Below are positions 1 through 8,353 of a stretch of 64,000 nucleotides of DNA, piece after piece. The translations under genes and the position numbers were made by a program. The notes beneath the pieces were generated by a model. The model ran no database searches and was not told the DNA's origin. It saw nothing but the letters and a program-made list of their open reading frames with translations. Source of the DNA: Chloroflexota bacterium (GTDB lineage: Bacteria; Chloroflexota; Limnocylindria; Limnocylindrales; CSP1-4); the NCBI GenBank assembly GCA_039931975.1, contig JBDTQW010000001.1, forward strand, positions 2,921-66,920, read 5' to 3'. How positions within the stretch are numbered: the first letter of the stretch is position 1; the number at the start of each line of letters is the position of its first letter.

Positions 1-167
1 ATGTTGGGCACCTGGCAGCCCACCCGAGTGCTGAGGTCGCTCACGGAGAGCTCGCCGATGGCGAGCGACTCGAGGACGCACAGCCGCTTGGGATCCGACA
101 GCGCTCGACCGATCGCGGCGTACCGCTCTCGATCGGCCTCGGCCGAGACCGGAAGGTGGTCCAACAC
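1..167 (-). CDS. ArsR/SmtB-family HTH transcriptional regulator, 5' part only; the gene runs off the left edge. The reverse-strand frame reads V-LDHLPVSAEADRERYAAIGRALSDPKRLCVLESLAIGELSVSDLSTRVGCQVPN.
   Basis: Hand translation of the minus strand. The motif RLxxLxxLaxGELsVsDLs is typical of ArsR/SmtB HTH regulators. A GTG start sits at about position 167, preceded by an in-frame stop. The gene is divergent from the dehydratase. Confidence 0.5.
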   Translation of the reverse strand, partial: MLDHLPVSAEADRERYAAIGRALSDPKRLCVLESLAIGELSVSDLSTRVGCQVPN

Positions 168-239
168 CGTTCAAGACTATCACGACTTGCGCAAGCACGC
201 AAGTTCCATGGACCTTGGTGACGGGCCGGTTGGCGCGCA

Positions 240-1280
240 GTGGGCGTCTGCGATACTCCGGCGATGCCCGACCAGATCGTGCCGCTTGAGCGCATCCTCG
301 CGGCGCGCGAGGTGGTAGCGGCCCGGGTCCATCGGACGCCGATGCTGTCGTCACGGACCGCCGCCCGGCTCGTCGCGGCCACCGCTGGCGTTGCCTTCGC
401 CGGCGACCGTCTCTTCGTCAAGGCGGAGCATCTCCAGAAGACGGGCTCGTTCAAGCCCCGTGGGATGACCGCCAAGGTCGCGTCGCTGTCGCCCGAACAA
501 CGGCGAGCCGGGATCGTGACCCTCTCCGCCGGGAACGCCGGGCAGGCGTACGCGTGGGCGGGTGGGCAGGCGGGCGTGCCGACCGTCGTCGTGATGCCTG
601 CCGCTGCCGTTCGCTCCAAGGTCGAGGCTTGCCTGGGCTATGGGGCCGAGGTCGTGCTCCACGGGGCGCACGTCGGTGAGACGTTCGCCCGGATGGAGGA
701 GATCAGGGCCGAGCGCGGGCTGACCTTCGCCCACCCATTCGACGATCCGGACGTCATCGCGGGCCATGGCTCGATCGGTTTGGAGATCCTCGAAGACCTG
801 CCCGATGTCGACGTGGTCGTCGTCGGGATCGGCGGCGGCGGCCTCATCAGCGGGGTTGCGGCCGCACTCAAGGAGCGCCGCCCGGGCGTGCGGGTCTACG
901 GCGTCGAGCCGACCGAGTCCAACGCGGTGTCGCTCGCCCTGGAGCACAACGAGGTTGTCACGATCCAGCCGCGCAGCATTGCCGATGGCTTGGGCGCCCC
1001 GTTCGCGGGGAAGTGGACCCTGGCCATGTGCCGTCGCTACCTCGACGGGATCGTCCTGCTCGACGACCCGACGATCCTCTTCGGGCTCCGGTTCGCGGCC
1101 GAACGGATGAAGCAGGTCCTCGAGCCGGCGGGCTCGGCGGCGCTCGGGGCCGTGCTGGCCGGAAGCATCCCGATCCGGGACGGCGAGACGGTCTGCGTGC
1201 TGGCCTCGGGCGGAAACGTGGCGGTCGAGCGGCTTGGCGAGCTCATCGCCGCCGGACCGTCGCCGGGCGCCGGGACGTGA
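240..1280 (+). CDS. Threonine/serine dehydratase, a PLP-dependent fold-type II enzyme
   Basis: The GSFKPRG lysine-PLP motif is present, along with a glycine-rich loop (GIGGGGLISG) and a full-length ~340 aa fold. An alternative start lies at 264 (MPDQIV...). Confidence 0.88.
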   Translation: MGVCDTPAMPDQIVPLERILAAREVVAARVHRTPMLSSRTAARLVAATAGVAFAGDRLFVKAEHLQKTGSFKPRGMTAKVASLSPEQRRAGIVTLSAGNAGQAYAWAGGQAGVPTVVVMPAAAVRSKVEACLGYGAEVVLHGAHVGETFARMEEIRAERGLTFAHPFDDPDVIAGHGSIGLEILEDLPDVDVVVVGIGGGGLISGVAAALKERRPGVRVYGVEPTESNAVSLALEHNEVVTIQPRSIADGLGAPFAGKWTLAMCRRYLDGIVLLDDPTILFGLRFAAERMKQVLEPAGSAALGAVLAGSIPIRDGETVCVLASGGNVAVERLGELIAAGPSPGAGT

Positions 1281-1414
1281 CCGACCCCGGCGCGCCACTC
1301 GACGGATCGACCGAGCTGTCGCCCACCGCCGAGCCGCCGCCGGCGGGCCCGACCATCGATCCGTTGCCGACCCCTGCGCCACGGGTGCCGCCTGCTCGTG
1401 TGGTCTGGCCGCGG

Positions 1415-2392
1415 ATGACCAAGGTGCTCGTCGGCTCGCTGGACCTCGTCACCCAGTCGCGGATCCCGCTGCGCAACGCGTCGCTCTACATCGGCCTGCT
1501 CGGTTTGATCACGGCCGGACCGCTGACCGTGGCGCTGATCGCCGACGCCCCGCACATCGATTCGACGACCCTCGAGGGACTCTCCGGCGGCACCTTCCTC
1601 GCGGGGTTCGTCGCCTTACTGGCGCTCATCGCCATCAACCTCGAGGCCCAGATCATCGCGGTGGCCATCCTCGGCGGGGCGGCGGCCGGGCAGCCGCTCA
1701 CGCTGCGCGAGGCGCTACGTCGTTCGCGGCAAGTCTTCTGGCCGGTCTTCCGCGCGTCGCTGCTCGTCGGCCTCCTTAGCCTGATCGTGCTGCTGATCCT
1801 GTCTTCGGTCCTCGGCGGCGCATTGGGCGACACGACGGACGCTGCAAGCGTCAGTTCGCAGCTCCTCGTGGGCGCGCTGATCGCACCCTTCGTCTACGCG
1901 ACGGCGGGGGTCGTCCTCGGCGACGTGCAGGCGGCCGAATCCCTGCGGCGTTCGGTTCGCTTATCTCGCCGCAGGCTCCGCCTCGCGATCGTGGTTTCGC
2001 TGTTCGCCGTCGTCGCCCAATATCTGGTGACCTTCGCGGCCGTCGCCGGAGTCGATCTCGTTGCCCGGGCACTCGAGCCGTTCCATGCCCAGCTCGAGGT
2101 TTTCGATGCGAGCAGCATCGGCGGGTTCCTGCTCCTCACCGGTGGCGCCTTCGTCGCGCTGTTCGCCTTCGGGACCCTGTCGTTCACGGTCGGGGCCCTG
2201 GCCGCGGCGCCCCAGGTGGTGGCATTCCTCGGGCTGACCGGTTACTCGCGCGGGCTGGACCGGGCACGCGAGGCGGCTGAAGGCGAGCCCGCCCGCGACA
2301 CACCGGCATGGATCAGTCGCCTGATGGTCATCGGCGCGCTCCTGGCTGGTTTGTGCGCAGCAGCCGCGGTCTACTCGGTGCTGTCCTCCTGA
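1415..2392 (+). CDS. Integral membrane protein of unknown function
   Basis: The ATG at 1415 is in frame with track ORF 1013..2392. Several hydrophobic stretches look like transmembrane segments (LYIGLLGLITAGPL, FLAGFVALLALIAI, LLVGLLSLIVLLIL). The upstream in-frame extension overlaps the dehydratase and is probably not translated. Confidence 0.6.
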   Translation: MTKVLVGSLDLVTQSRIPLRNASLYIGLLGLITAGPLTVALIADAPHIDSTTLEGLSGGTFLAGFVALLALIAINLEAQIIAVAILGGAAAGQPLTLREALRRSRQVFWPVFRASLLVGLLSLIVLLILSSVLGGALGDTTDAASVSSQLLVGALIAPFVYATAGVVLGDVQAAESLRRSVRLSRRRLRLAIVVSLFAVVAQYLVTFAAVAGVDLVARALEPFHAQLEVFDASSIGGFLLLTGGAFVALFAFGTLSFTVGALAAAPQVVAFLGLTGYSRGLDRAREAAEGEPARDTPAWISRLMVIGALLAGLCAAAAVYSVLSS

Positions 2393-2398
2393 TCGTCA

Positions 2399-2812
2399 TC
2401 ACTCGATGCCGAGCTCCTCGAGTCGATCGTCGTCGATGCCCAGGTGGTGGGCGAGCTCGTGGATGACCGTGATCCGGACCTCGTCGGCGAGCTCGTCCGG
2501 ATCGGGGAAGTCCTCTTCGAGCGACAGACGGAAGAGGCTGATCTTGTTCGGGAACGGAACCAGGTCGGCGCCCCACTCCGTTCGTGGCGTGCCCTCGTAG
2601 AGCCCGTACAGCGCGTCATCGGGATCGAGCCCGGAGATCTCCAGCTGCTCGTCGGTGGCGTCGTCCTCGATGACCACGGCCACCTCGGCGAGGGCGGCGC
2701 GGAACGGCGCAGGGATGCCGTCGAGGGCGCGCTCGACCAGCCGCTCGAATCGATCGGAGCTGGGGCGGCGACCCGGGGCAGCGGACCGGGCACCGCGGCG
2801 GCGTTTGGGCAT
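2399..2812 (-). CDS. Metallopeptidase-family protein, zincin-like DUF1025 type
   Basis: The HExxH zinc motif is embedded in ITVIHELAHHLGIDD. The 137-aa acidic protein matches the conserved actinobacterial 'metallopeptidase family protein'. Confidence 0.7.
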   Translation of the reverse strand: MPKRRRGARSAAPGRRPSSDRFERLVERALDGIPAPFRAALAEVAVVIEDDATDEQLEISGLDPDDALYGLYEGTPRTEWGADLVPFPNKISLFRLSLEEDFPDPDELADEVRITVIHELAHHLGIDDDRLEELGIE

Positions 2813-2833
2813 CGCACCCGTATCCTAGGCCCG

Positions 2834-3778
2834 ATGGAGCTCGCGGCCGATGCTCTCGCCGCACAAGCGCCGGTGCCGGACATTGGTGTTGAGCCGGACG
2901 GCTTCCTGGTCGAGATCGCGCCGGGGGAGCGGATCCACTTCCTGGATTGGGGTGGTCCGTCCGCGCGGACCGGTCGCTCGGTCATCCTCGTGCACGGCCT
3001 CGGCGGCACCGCGTGGGGCTGGACGGCGGTCGCCCGCCGTCTCCATGACGCGGTCCGGGCGGTCGCGATCGACCTCCGCGGTCACGGCCTGTCCGACGCG
3101 CCGACCGATCCCTACGAGCCGGACACCCTGGTGTCCGACGTGGTCGCCGTCGCCGAGGGCGCTGGACTGGTCGAACGCCCTGACGTGGCGGACCGGCGAA
3201 CGGTGGTGCTGGTCGGTCACGGTTACGGCGGGATGGTCGCGGCCTGGGCGGCGGCCGACCTCGGGGAGCGCTGCGCCGGCCTGGTCCTCGTCGATGGTGG
3301 ATGGCAGGACGTGGCCGACGAGACCGGCCTGACCCCGGCCGAATTTCTGCGCGAGGTGGCCGAGCCGCCGGAGGTCCTCGCCTCGATGGAGGCGTACCTG
3401 GCCGACCGACGCGACTGGGATCCTCGCCACTGGGACGGAGACGAGGAACGCGCGGCTCGGGCAACGGTCGTGGCGGTCCCGGCCGGGCACGTCGTACCCG
3501 CGATCCGGCCGCACGCCCTGGAGCGATCGGTCGAGGCGATCTTCCGGTACCGTCCGACCGACGTCCTGACCACGCTCGACGTCCCGATCGTGGCGCTGGT
3601 CGCGGTCGACGACGAGGACGCCCCGAAGGCGACCGCCCTGCAGGCCGTCCAGGATGCCCGCCGGAAGGCCGATCGCCCGCCCCTCGAGGTTGCCCGGTTT
3701 CCGGCCGACGGGCACAACCTGCCCCGGTATCGCCCGGACGAGCTGGCCGGGGCGATCCTCCGGCTCGTGGCCCGCTAG
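2834..3778 (+). CDS. Alpha/beta-hydrolase fold protein
   Basis: The HGLGG oxyanion region (VILVHGLGGTAWGW) and a nucleophile elbow GHGYGG are present. The ATG at 2834 is in frame with track ORF 2444..3778. Confidence 0.8.
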   Translation: MELAADALAAQAPVPDIGVEPDGFLVEIAPGERIHFLDWGGPSARTGRSVILVHGLGGTAWGWTAVARRLHDAVRAVAIDLRGHGLSDAPTDPYEPDTLVSDVVAVAEGAGLVERPDVADRRTVVLVGHGYGGMVAAWAAADLGERCAGLVLVDGGWQDVADETGLTPAEFLREVAEPPEVLASMEAYLADRRDWDPRHWDGDEERAARATVVAVPAGHVVPAIRPHALERSVEAIFRYRPTDVLTTLDVPIVALVAVDDEDAPKATALQAVQDARRKADRPPLEVARFPADGHNLPRYRPDELAGAILRLVAR

Positions 3779-3817
3779 CATCGACGGCAGCCGACCGGCC
3801 CACCCGCGGAGGATCCG

Positions 3818-4933
3818 ATGCGCGTCGTCTACACGGCCGGCCACCTCGGCCACGATCCCGTCAGCGAAACGATCATGGGCGAGGCCGTGCCGGCCTACGA
3901 AGTGCCCGAGCGGGCCGAGCGGATCCGTGGCGCGCTGGTCGCGGACGGCGGGTTCGACCTGGTCGAGCCTGACGAGCACGGTCTCGACCCTATCCTGGCC
4001 GTTCACGATCCCGGGCTTGTGCGCTTCCTCGAGGAGGCCTGGGCGCAGGCCCGGCGCGAGGGCCTGGTCCGGTCCGCGCTCATCCCCGACACGTTCCAGG
4101 TCCGGGGGTTGTCCGAGGGCTTCGGTCCCGAGTCCGAGCGACTCGTCCGAGAGCCGGCGTCGGTCCTCGGCCAGTCAGGTCGGTGGGGGCTCGATTCCAC
4201 GACCCCGATCGTGGCCGGGACGTATCGGGCCGCGCGCGGAGCGGTGGACACCGCCCTGACCGCGGTCGATCTCGTCCTCGACGGCGGCGAGACAGCCGTG
4301 TACGGGCTATGCCGGCCACCCGGCCACCACGCCGCTCGCTCGATGTATGGCGGCTACTGCTACTTCAACAACGCGGCGATCGCCGCCGAGTCGGTCGTCA
4401 GCCGGACCGGCGAGCGGGTGGCCGTCCTCGACCTCGACTACCACCATGGCAATGGCACCGAGCAGATCTTCTGGCGACGGGGCGACGTCCTGTATGTCTC
4501 GATCCATGCCGACCCGGATCGCCAGTACCCGTACTACCTGGGGCGCGCAGACGAGACCGGCGAGGGGCCCGGTGCCGGGGCCAACCTGAACCTGCCTCTC
4601 GAGGCCGGGGTCGAGGACGAGCGCTACCTGGCCGTGCTCGACCGCGCCCTCGAGGCGATCGGAGACACGCCCGGGTCGATCGTCGTCGTTTCGCTCGGCT
4701 TCGACACCTACGGCCACGACCCCATCTGCGACTTTGCCCTGACCACGCCGGTCTATCACGAGATCGGCCAGCGGGTCGCCGCGCTGGGGCGGCGGCTGGT
4801 CATCCTCCAGGAGGGCGGCTATCACCGGCCGAGTCTCGGGGAGAACGCCCGGACCTGGTTGCGTGGGGCCGAGGGTCGGCCGCTCGAGCCCATCCCGGCC
4901 GGGGGCTGGGGCTCGACCGGCACCCGGAGCTGA
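3818..4933 (+). CDS. Histone deacetylase-family protein, AcuC or acetylpolyamine amidohydrolase-like
   Basis: HDAC signature regions PPGHHA, DLDYHHGNGT and SLGFDTYGHD are all present. Confidence 0.85.
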   Translation: MRVVYTAGHLGHDPVSETIMGEAVPAYEVPERAERIRGALVADGGFDLVEPDEHGLDPILAVHDPGLVRFLEEAWAQARREGLVRSALIPDTFQVRGLSEGFGPESERLVREPASVLGQSGRWGLDSTTPIVAGTYRAARGAVDTALTAVDLVLDGGETAVYGLCRPPGHHAARSMYGGYCYFNNAAIAAESVVSRTGERVAVLDLDYHHGNGTEQIFWRRGDVLYVSIHADPDRQYPYYLGRADETGEGPGAGANLNLPLEAGVEDERYLAVLDRALEAIGDTPGSIVVVSLGFDTYGHDPICDFALTTPVYHEIGQRVAALGRRLVILQEGGYHRPSLGENARTWLRGAEGRPLEPIPAGGWGSTGTRS

Positions 4934-5025
4934 GCCCCGCCCGACCGCGTCGCGACCGGGGCGTCCAGCGCACCCGGCGACGAAGCAGGGCGCCGGCGGT
5001 ACCATCGCCGGCGTAGAGGAGTCCG

Positions 5026-5712
5026 ATGTCCGTCCTGCCCGACCACGTCAAGAAGATCGTCGCCGAGATCGAGACCGAGATCGGCGACGAGCCCGGCGAT
5101 GCCGAATCCGCGATCGAGGGCGGCTCGCTGCGCGGTGATGACGGCAACGGTCGGGTTGAGGCGGCCGTCCGCGAGATCCTGACCGAGATCGGCGAGGAGC
5201 CCGACCGTGAGGGTCTGGTCGGGACCCCGGTCCGGGTCCATCGGATGTACACGGAGCTGACCGCCGGCTACCACGTCGACCCTGCCAGGCTGATGAACGG
5301 GGCGGTCTTCGAGGTCGACTACTCGGAGATGGTCGTCGTGAAGGACATCCCGTTCTATAGCCTGTGCGAGCATCATCTCCTGCCGTTCTTCGGCGCGGCG
5401 GCGGTGGCCTACATCCCGCGCGGCAGGGTCATCGGGCTGTCGAAGATCCCGCGCATCGTCGAGATGTACGCCCGGCGGCTGCAGGTCCAGGAGCGGATGA
5501 CCCAGCAGATCGCCGACTTCCTCCAGGATCACCTCTCCCCGCAGGGAGTCGGCGTCGTGGTCGAGGCGACCCACCTGTGCGCGGTGATGCGCGGCGTGCG
5601 CAAGCCAGGCACGGTCATGACCACGAGCGCGGTGCTTGGCCTGTTCCGCTCGCGCGACAAGACCCGGTCCGAATTCCTGGCCCACATCGAGCGCCGCGCA
5701 CCGGGCGTCTGA
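5026..5712 (+). CDS. folE: GTP cyclohydrolase I
   Basis: The CEHHLLPF active-site motif is present, and the length and conservation along the whole protein fit FolE. An AGGAG Shine-Dalgarno sequence lies upstream. Confidence 0.93.
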   Translation: MSVLPDHVKKIVAEIETEIGDEPGDAESAIEGGSLRGDDGNGRVEAAVREILTEIGEEPDREGLVGTPVRVHRMYTELTAGYHVDPARLMNGAVFEVDYSEMVVVKDIPFYSLCEHHLLPFFGAAAVAYIPRGRVIGLSKIPRIVEMYARRLQVQERMTQQIADFLQDHLSPQGVGVVVEATHLCAVMRGVRKPGTVMTTSAVLGLFRSRDKTRSEFLAHIERRAPGV

Positions 5713-5800
5713 GCCGCCGGGAAAGCCGGGCCATCAGGAACAGCCGGGACGTGCCCGGGATCAGGCCCTGAGCGTCGGGTCACCGCGCTACCATGGCGCG

Positions 5801-6205
5801 ATGACCGAACGGCCCATCAAGGTCCTCATCGCCAAGCCGGGCCTCGACGGGCACGATCGGGGGGCGAAGGTGCTCGCCCGCGGGTTGCGCGACGAGGGCT
5901 TCGAGGTCGTCTACACGGGCCTTCGCCAGACTCCCGAGATGATCGCCTCGGCGGCCCTCCAGGAGGACGTCGACGTGGTCGGGCTGTCGATCCTCTCGGG
6001 CGCCCATATGACCCTCCTGCCGCGGATCTGCGCTCTCCTCCAGGGGGCCGGCCTTGACGACGTCCTGGTGACCGCCGGCGGGATCATCCCCGACGTCGAC
6101 GTCCCGGCGCTCAAGGCCGCCGGCGTGTCTGCCGTGTTCGGGCCGGGCACGACGATCGGCGAGGTCGCCGCGTTCCTCCGGGCGAACGTTCGCGCGCGCG
6201 AGTAG
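5801..6205 (+). CDS. Cobalamin (B12)-binding domain protein, an acyl-CoA mutase small subunit or C-terminal-domain homolog
   Basis: The [10 protein letters not shown]12-binding motif (DxHxxG) is present within a ~135-aa Rossmann-like domain. The ATG at 5801 is in frame with track ORF 5636..6205. Confidence 0.82.
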   Translation: MTERPIKVLIAKPGLDGHDRGAKVLARGLRDEGFEVVYTGLRQTPEMIASAALQEDVDVVGLSILSGAHMTLLPRICALLQGAGLDDVLVTAGGIIPDVDVPALKAAGVSAVFGPGTTIGEVAAFLRANVRARE

Positions 6206-6213
6206 CGAGCAGG

Positions 6214-7251
6214 GTGGGCGCCGAGCGGGCCACGCCGGCCATCGAGCCGGTCGCGCGGGCCACCGAACTGGCCACCGCAGCCACTGCCGGCGATCGACGC
6301 GCCCTGGCCCGGCTGCTGACCGCGATCGAGAACCGGACGCCGGTCGCCGAGGCCGCCCTCCGCGAGCTCTACCCGCAGGCCGGGCGGGCCCACCTGGTGG
6401 GCATCACCGGACCGCCCGGATCGGGCAAATCGACCCTCGTCGCAGCATTGATCGTCGCGGTCCGTGCGGCTGGGCGCTCGGTCGCCGTCGTGGCCGTCGA
6501 TCCGTCCAGCCCGATCACCGGCGGCGCGATCCTGGGCGATCGCGTGCGCATGCAGGCGCATGCTGGCGATGGCGACGTGTTCATCCGGTCGATGGCCGCC
6601 CGGGGGCACGCGGGCGGTCTCGCCTCGACGACCGGGGCCGCCTGTGCCGTGCTCGATGCGGTCGGCTTCGACCTGGTCCTGGTCGAGACGGTGGGCACTG
6701 GCCAGAGCGAGGTCGAGGTGGCGTCCTCGGCCGACACGACGGTCGTCCTGGAAGCGCCCGAGATGGGCGACGAGGTCCAGGCGATCAAGGCCGGCCTGCT
6801 CGAGGTGGCCGATCTGGTCGTGGTCAACAAGGGCGACCGGCCGGGTGCCATGCGGACCGCGTCTCAGCTCCGGGCGATGCTCGTTGCGGCTCCGGTCGTC
6901 GCCGTGGACCCGAGCGCCATCGACCGACCTCGTCCCAAGCGGCCCGAGGTCCTGATCACGACCGCGTCGACCGGGGCCGGCGTCGCGGAGCTCCTGGCCG
7001 CGCTCGACCGACATCGTGCGGCGGGCGTCGCCCGGGCGGCGGCCGATGGGGGACCGGACGCGTCGCGGCTGGCTCGCGCCGATGCCCAGGTCCGGGCGAT
7101 CATGGCCGACCGGATCGCCGATCGGTTGAGGGGCGGCGCACTGGCCAGCGAATCGGCCGCCACCCTTCGCTCGGTGGCCGCGCACGAGCTGGATCCGTTC
7201 GCCGCCGCCGACCGGCTGATCGCGGCCATCGGGCGGGAGGATCGATCGTGA
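6214..7251 (+). CDS. meaB: Methylmalonyl-CoA mutase-associated GTPase, MeaB/ArgK family
   Basis: P-loop GITGPPGSGKST is present, along with a conserved NKGD-like VVNKGD motif. It is located with the B12 subunit gene. GTG start. Confidence 0.9.
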   Translation: MGAERATPAIEPVARATELATAATAGDRRALARLLTAIENRTPVAEAALRELYPQAGRAHLVGITGPPGSGKSTLVAALIVAVRAAGRSVAVVAVDPSSPITGGAILGDRVRMQAHAGDGDVFIRSMAARGHAGGLASTTGAACAVLDAVGFDLVLVETVGTGQSEVEVASSADTTVVLEAPEMGDEVQAIKAGLLEVADLVVVNKGDRPGAMRTASQLRAMLVAAPVVAVDPSAIDRPRPKRPEVLITTASTGAGVAELLAALDRHRAAGVARAAADGGPDASRLARADAQVRAIMADRIADRLRGGALASESAATLRSVAAHELDPFAAADRLIAAIGREDRS

Positions 7252-8117
7252 GCGTCGAGCGGGTCTTCGTGGCCGGAGCGGGGCTGATGGGCCATGGGAT
7301 CGCGCAGGTCCACGCCGCCGTCGGCAAGCAGGTCGACCTCTACGAGCCGGATCTCAGCCGGGCCGAGGCAGGCAAGGCCCGGATCGAGGGCAATCTCGAG
7401 CGTGCCGTGGCCAAGGGCAGGATCGCCGCCGCGGCCCGGGAGGAGACCCTGGCCCGGATCGCGCCGACGGCCGACATCGGCGCGGTCGCCGCGGCCGACC
7501 TGGTCATCGAGGCGGTGTTCGAAGACGAGGCGGTCAAGGCGAGGCTCTGGCAGGCCCTCGACGCCGCCGCGCCGGAGCGGGCGATCTTTGCCTCGAACAC
7601 GAGCTCCATCTCGATCGACCGGCTGGCCGCCGTCGTGGCGGCGCCGCGCCGGGCGCGGTTCGCCGGGATGCACTTCTTCAGCCCGGTGCCGGTGATGCCG
7701 CTCATCGAGCTCATCCGTGGCAGCGCGACGGACAACGCGACAGAGGCGGCGATCCGGGCGCTGGCGGCCGAGCTCGACAAGCAGGTCATCGTGTCAGCCG
7801 ATCGCCCGGGGTTCCTGGTGAACCGGGTGCTGATGCCCCTGCTCGCCGAGGCGATGCGGGCCTGCGCGGAAGGGGTCGGCACGGCCGAGGACATCGATAC
7901 CGGGGCGAAGGTCGGCCTCAACCACCCGATGGGTCCGCTGGAGCTGGCCGACTTCATCGGCCTCGACGTCTGCCTCGGGATCCTGCGCGTGCTCCACGAC
8001 GGGCTGGGCCAGGAGCACTTCCGCCCGCCGGCCATCCTCGAGCGACTCGTCGCCGAAGGCCATCTCGGCCAGAAGACCGGCCGCGGCTTCCACGTCTATC
8101 CGCGCGGAGGCGAGTAG
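7248..8117 (+). CDS. hbd: 3-hydroxybutyryl-CoA dehydrogenase (3-hydroxyacyl-CoA dehydrogenase, NAD-binding)
   Basis: N-terminal Rossmann motif VAGAGLMGHGIAQ. The 3HCDH signature region and C-terminal dimerisation domain are also present. The start overlaps the meaB stop. Confidence 0.9.
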   Translation: MSVERVFVAGAGLMGHGIAQVHAAVGKQVDLYEPDLSRAEAGKARIEGNLERAVAKGRIAAAAREETLARIAPTADIGAVAAADLVIEAVFEDEAVKARLWQALDAAAPERAIFASNTSSISIDRLAAVVAAPRRARFAGMHFFSPVPVMPLIELIRGSATDNATEAAIRALAAELDKQVIVSADRPGFLVNRVLMPLLAEAMRACAEGVGTAEDIDTGAKVGLNHPMGPLELADFIGLDVCLGILRVLHDGLGQEHFRPPAILERLVAEGHLGQKTGRGFHVYPRGGE

Positions 8118-8126
8118 ATTCTGGTC

Positions 8127-8353
8127 ATGCCCGAGCACGACCTTCGACCGAACGGCCACGTCTACATCGTCAGCGCCCAGCGGACCCCGATCGGGAAATT
8201 CGCCGGAGCCGTCGCGGGCACTCCCGCCGTGGAGGTCGGTGGCGTGGCGATCCGTGCGGCCGTCGAACGGGCCCAGCTTCCCGGGGCACGCCGATCGATG
8301 AGGTCCTGATGGGCCAGGTGCTCCAGGCAGGCGTGGGAGAGAGTCTGACATGA
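8127..8353 (+). pseudogene. Acetyl-CoA acetyltransferase (thiolase) remnant. Only the N-terminal ~75 codons remain, with an internal frameshift near 8285. It ends where the ALDH start codon begins.
   Basis: Frame 0 gives VYIVSAQRTPIGKFAGAVAG...AIRAAVERAQL, a canonical thiolase N-terminus. A shifted frame continues PIDEVLMGQVLQAGVGESLT and then stops. The ~315 codons that normally follow are absent. Confidence 0.6.

Noticed and set aside
351-1382. Long antisense ORFs opposite real genes. Examples from the track are 351..1382-, 2825..4006-, 5911..7185-, 10211..11962+, 14545..16488-, 20895..22430-, 22731..24422-, 25747..27516+, 28984..30390-, 34052..36730-, 43689..44630-, 45742..47325-, 48096..50237- and 60268..62661+.
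   Set aside because: All lie antisense to, or out of frame with, genes that have clear family motifs. Their translations are Arg/Pro/Gly-rich low-complexity strings, as expected from stop-codon-poor 70% GC DNA.
5713-5800. Cobalamin riboswitch upstream of the B12-binding subunit/meaB genes
   Set aside because: The gap is only 88 nt, and I cannot fit the conserved B12-box or the ~200-nt aptamer. The short CCGGG-ACGTG-CCCGG hairpin is more likely a terminator or processing site.
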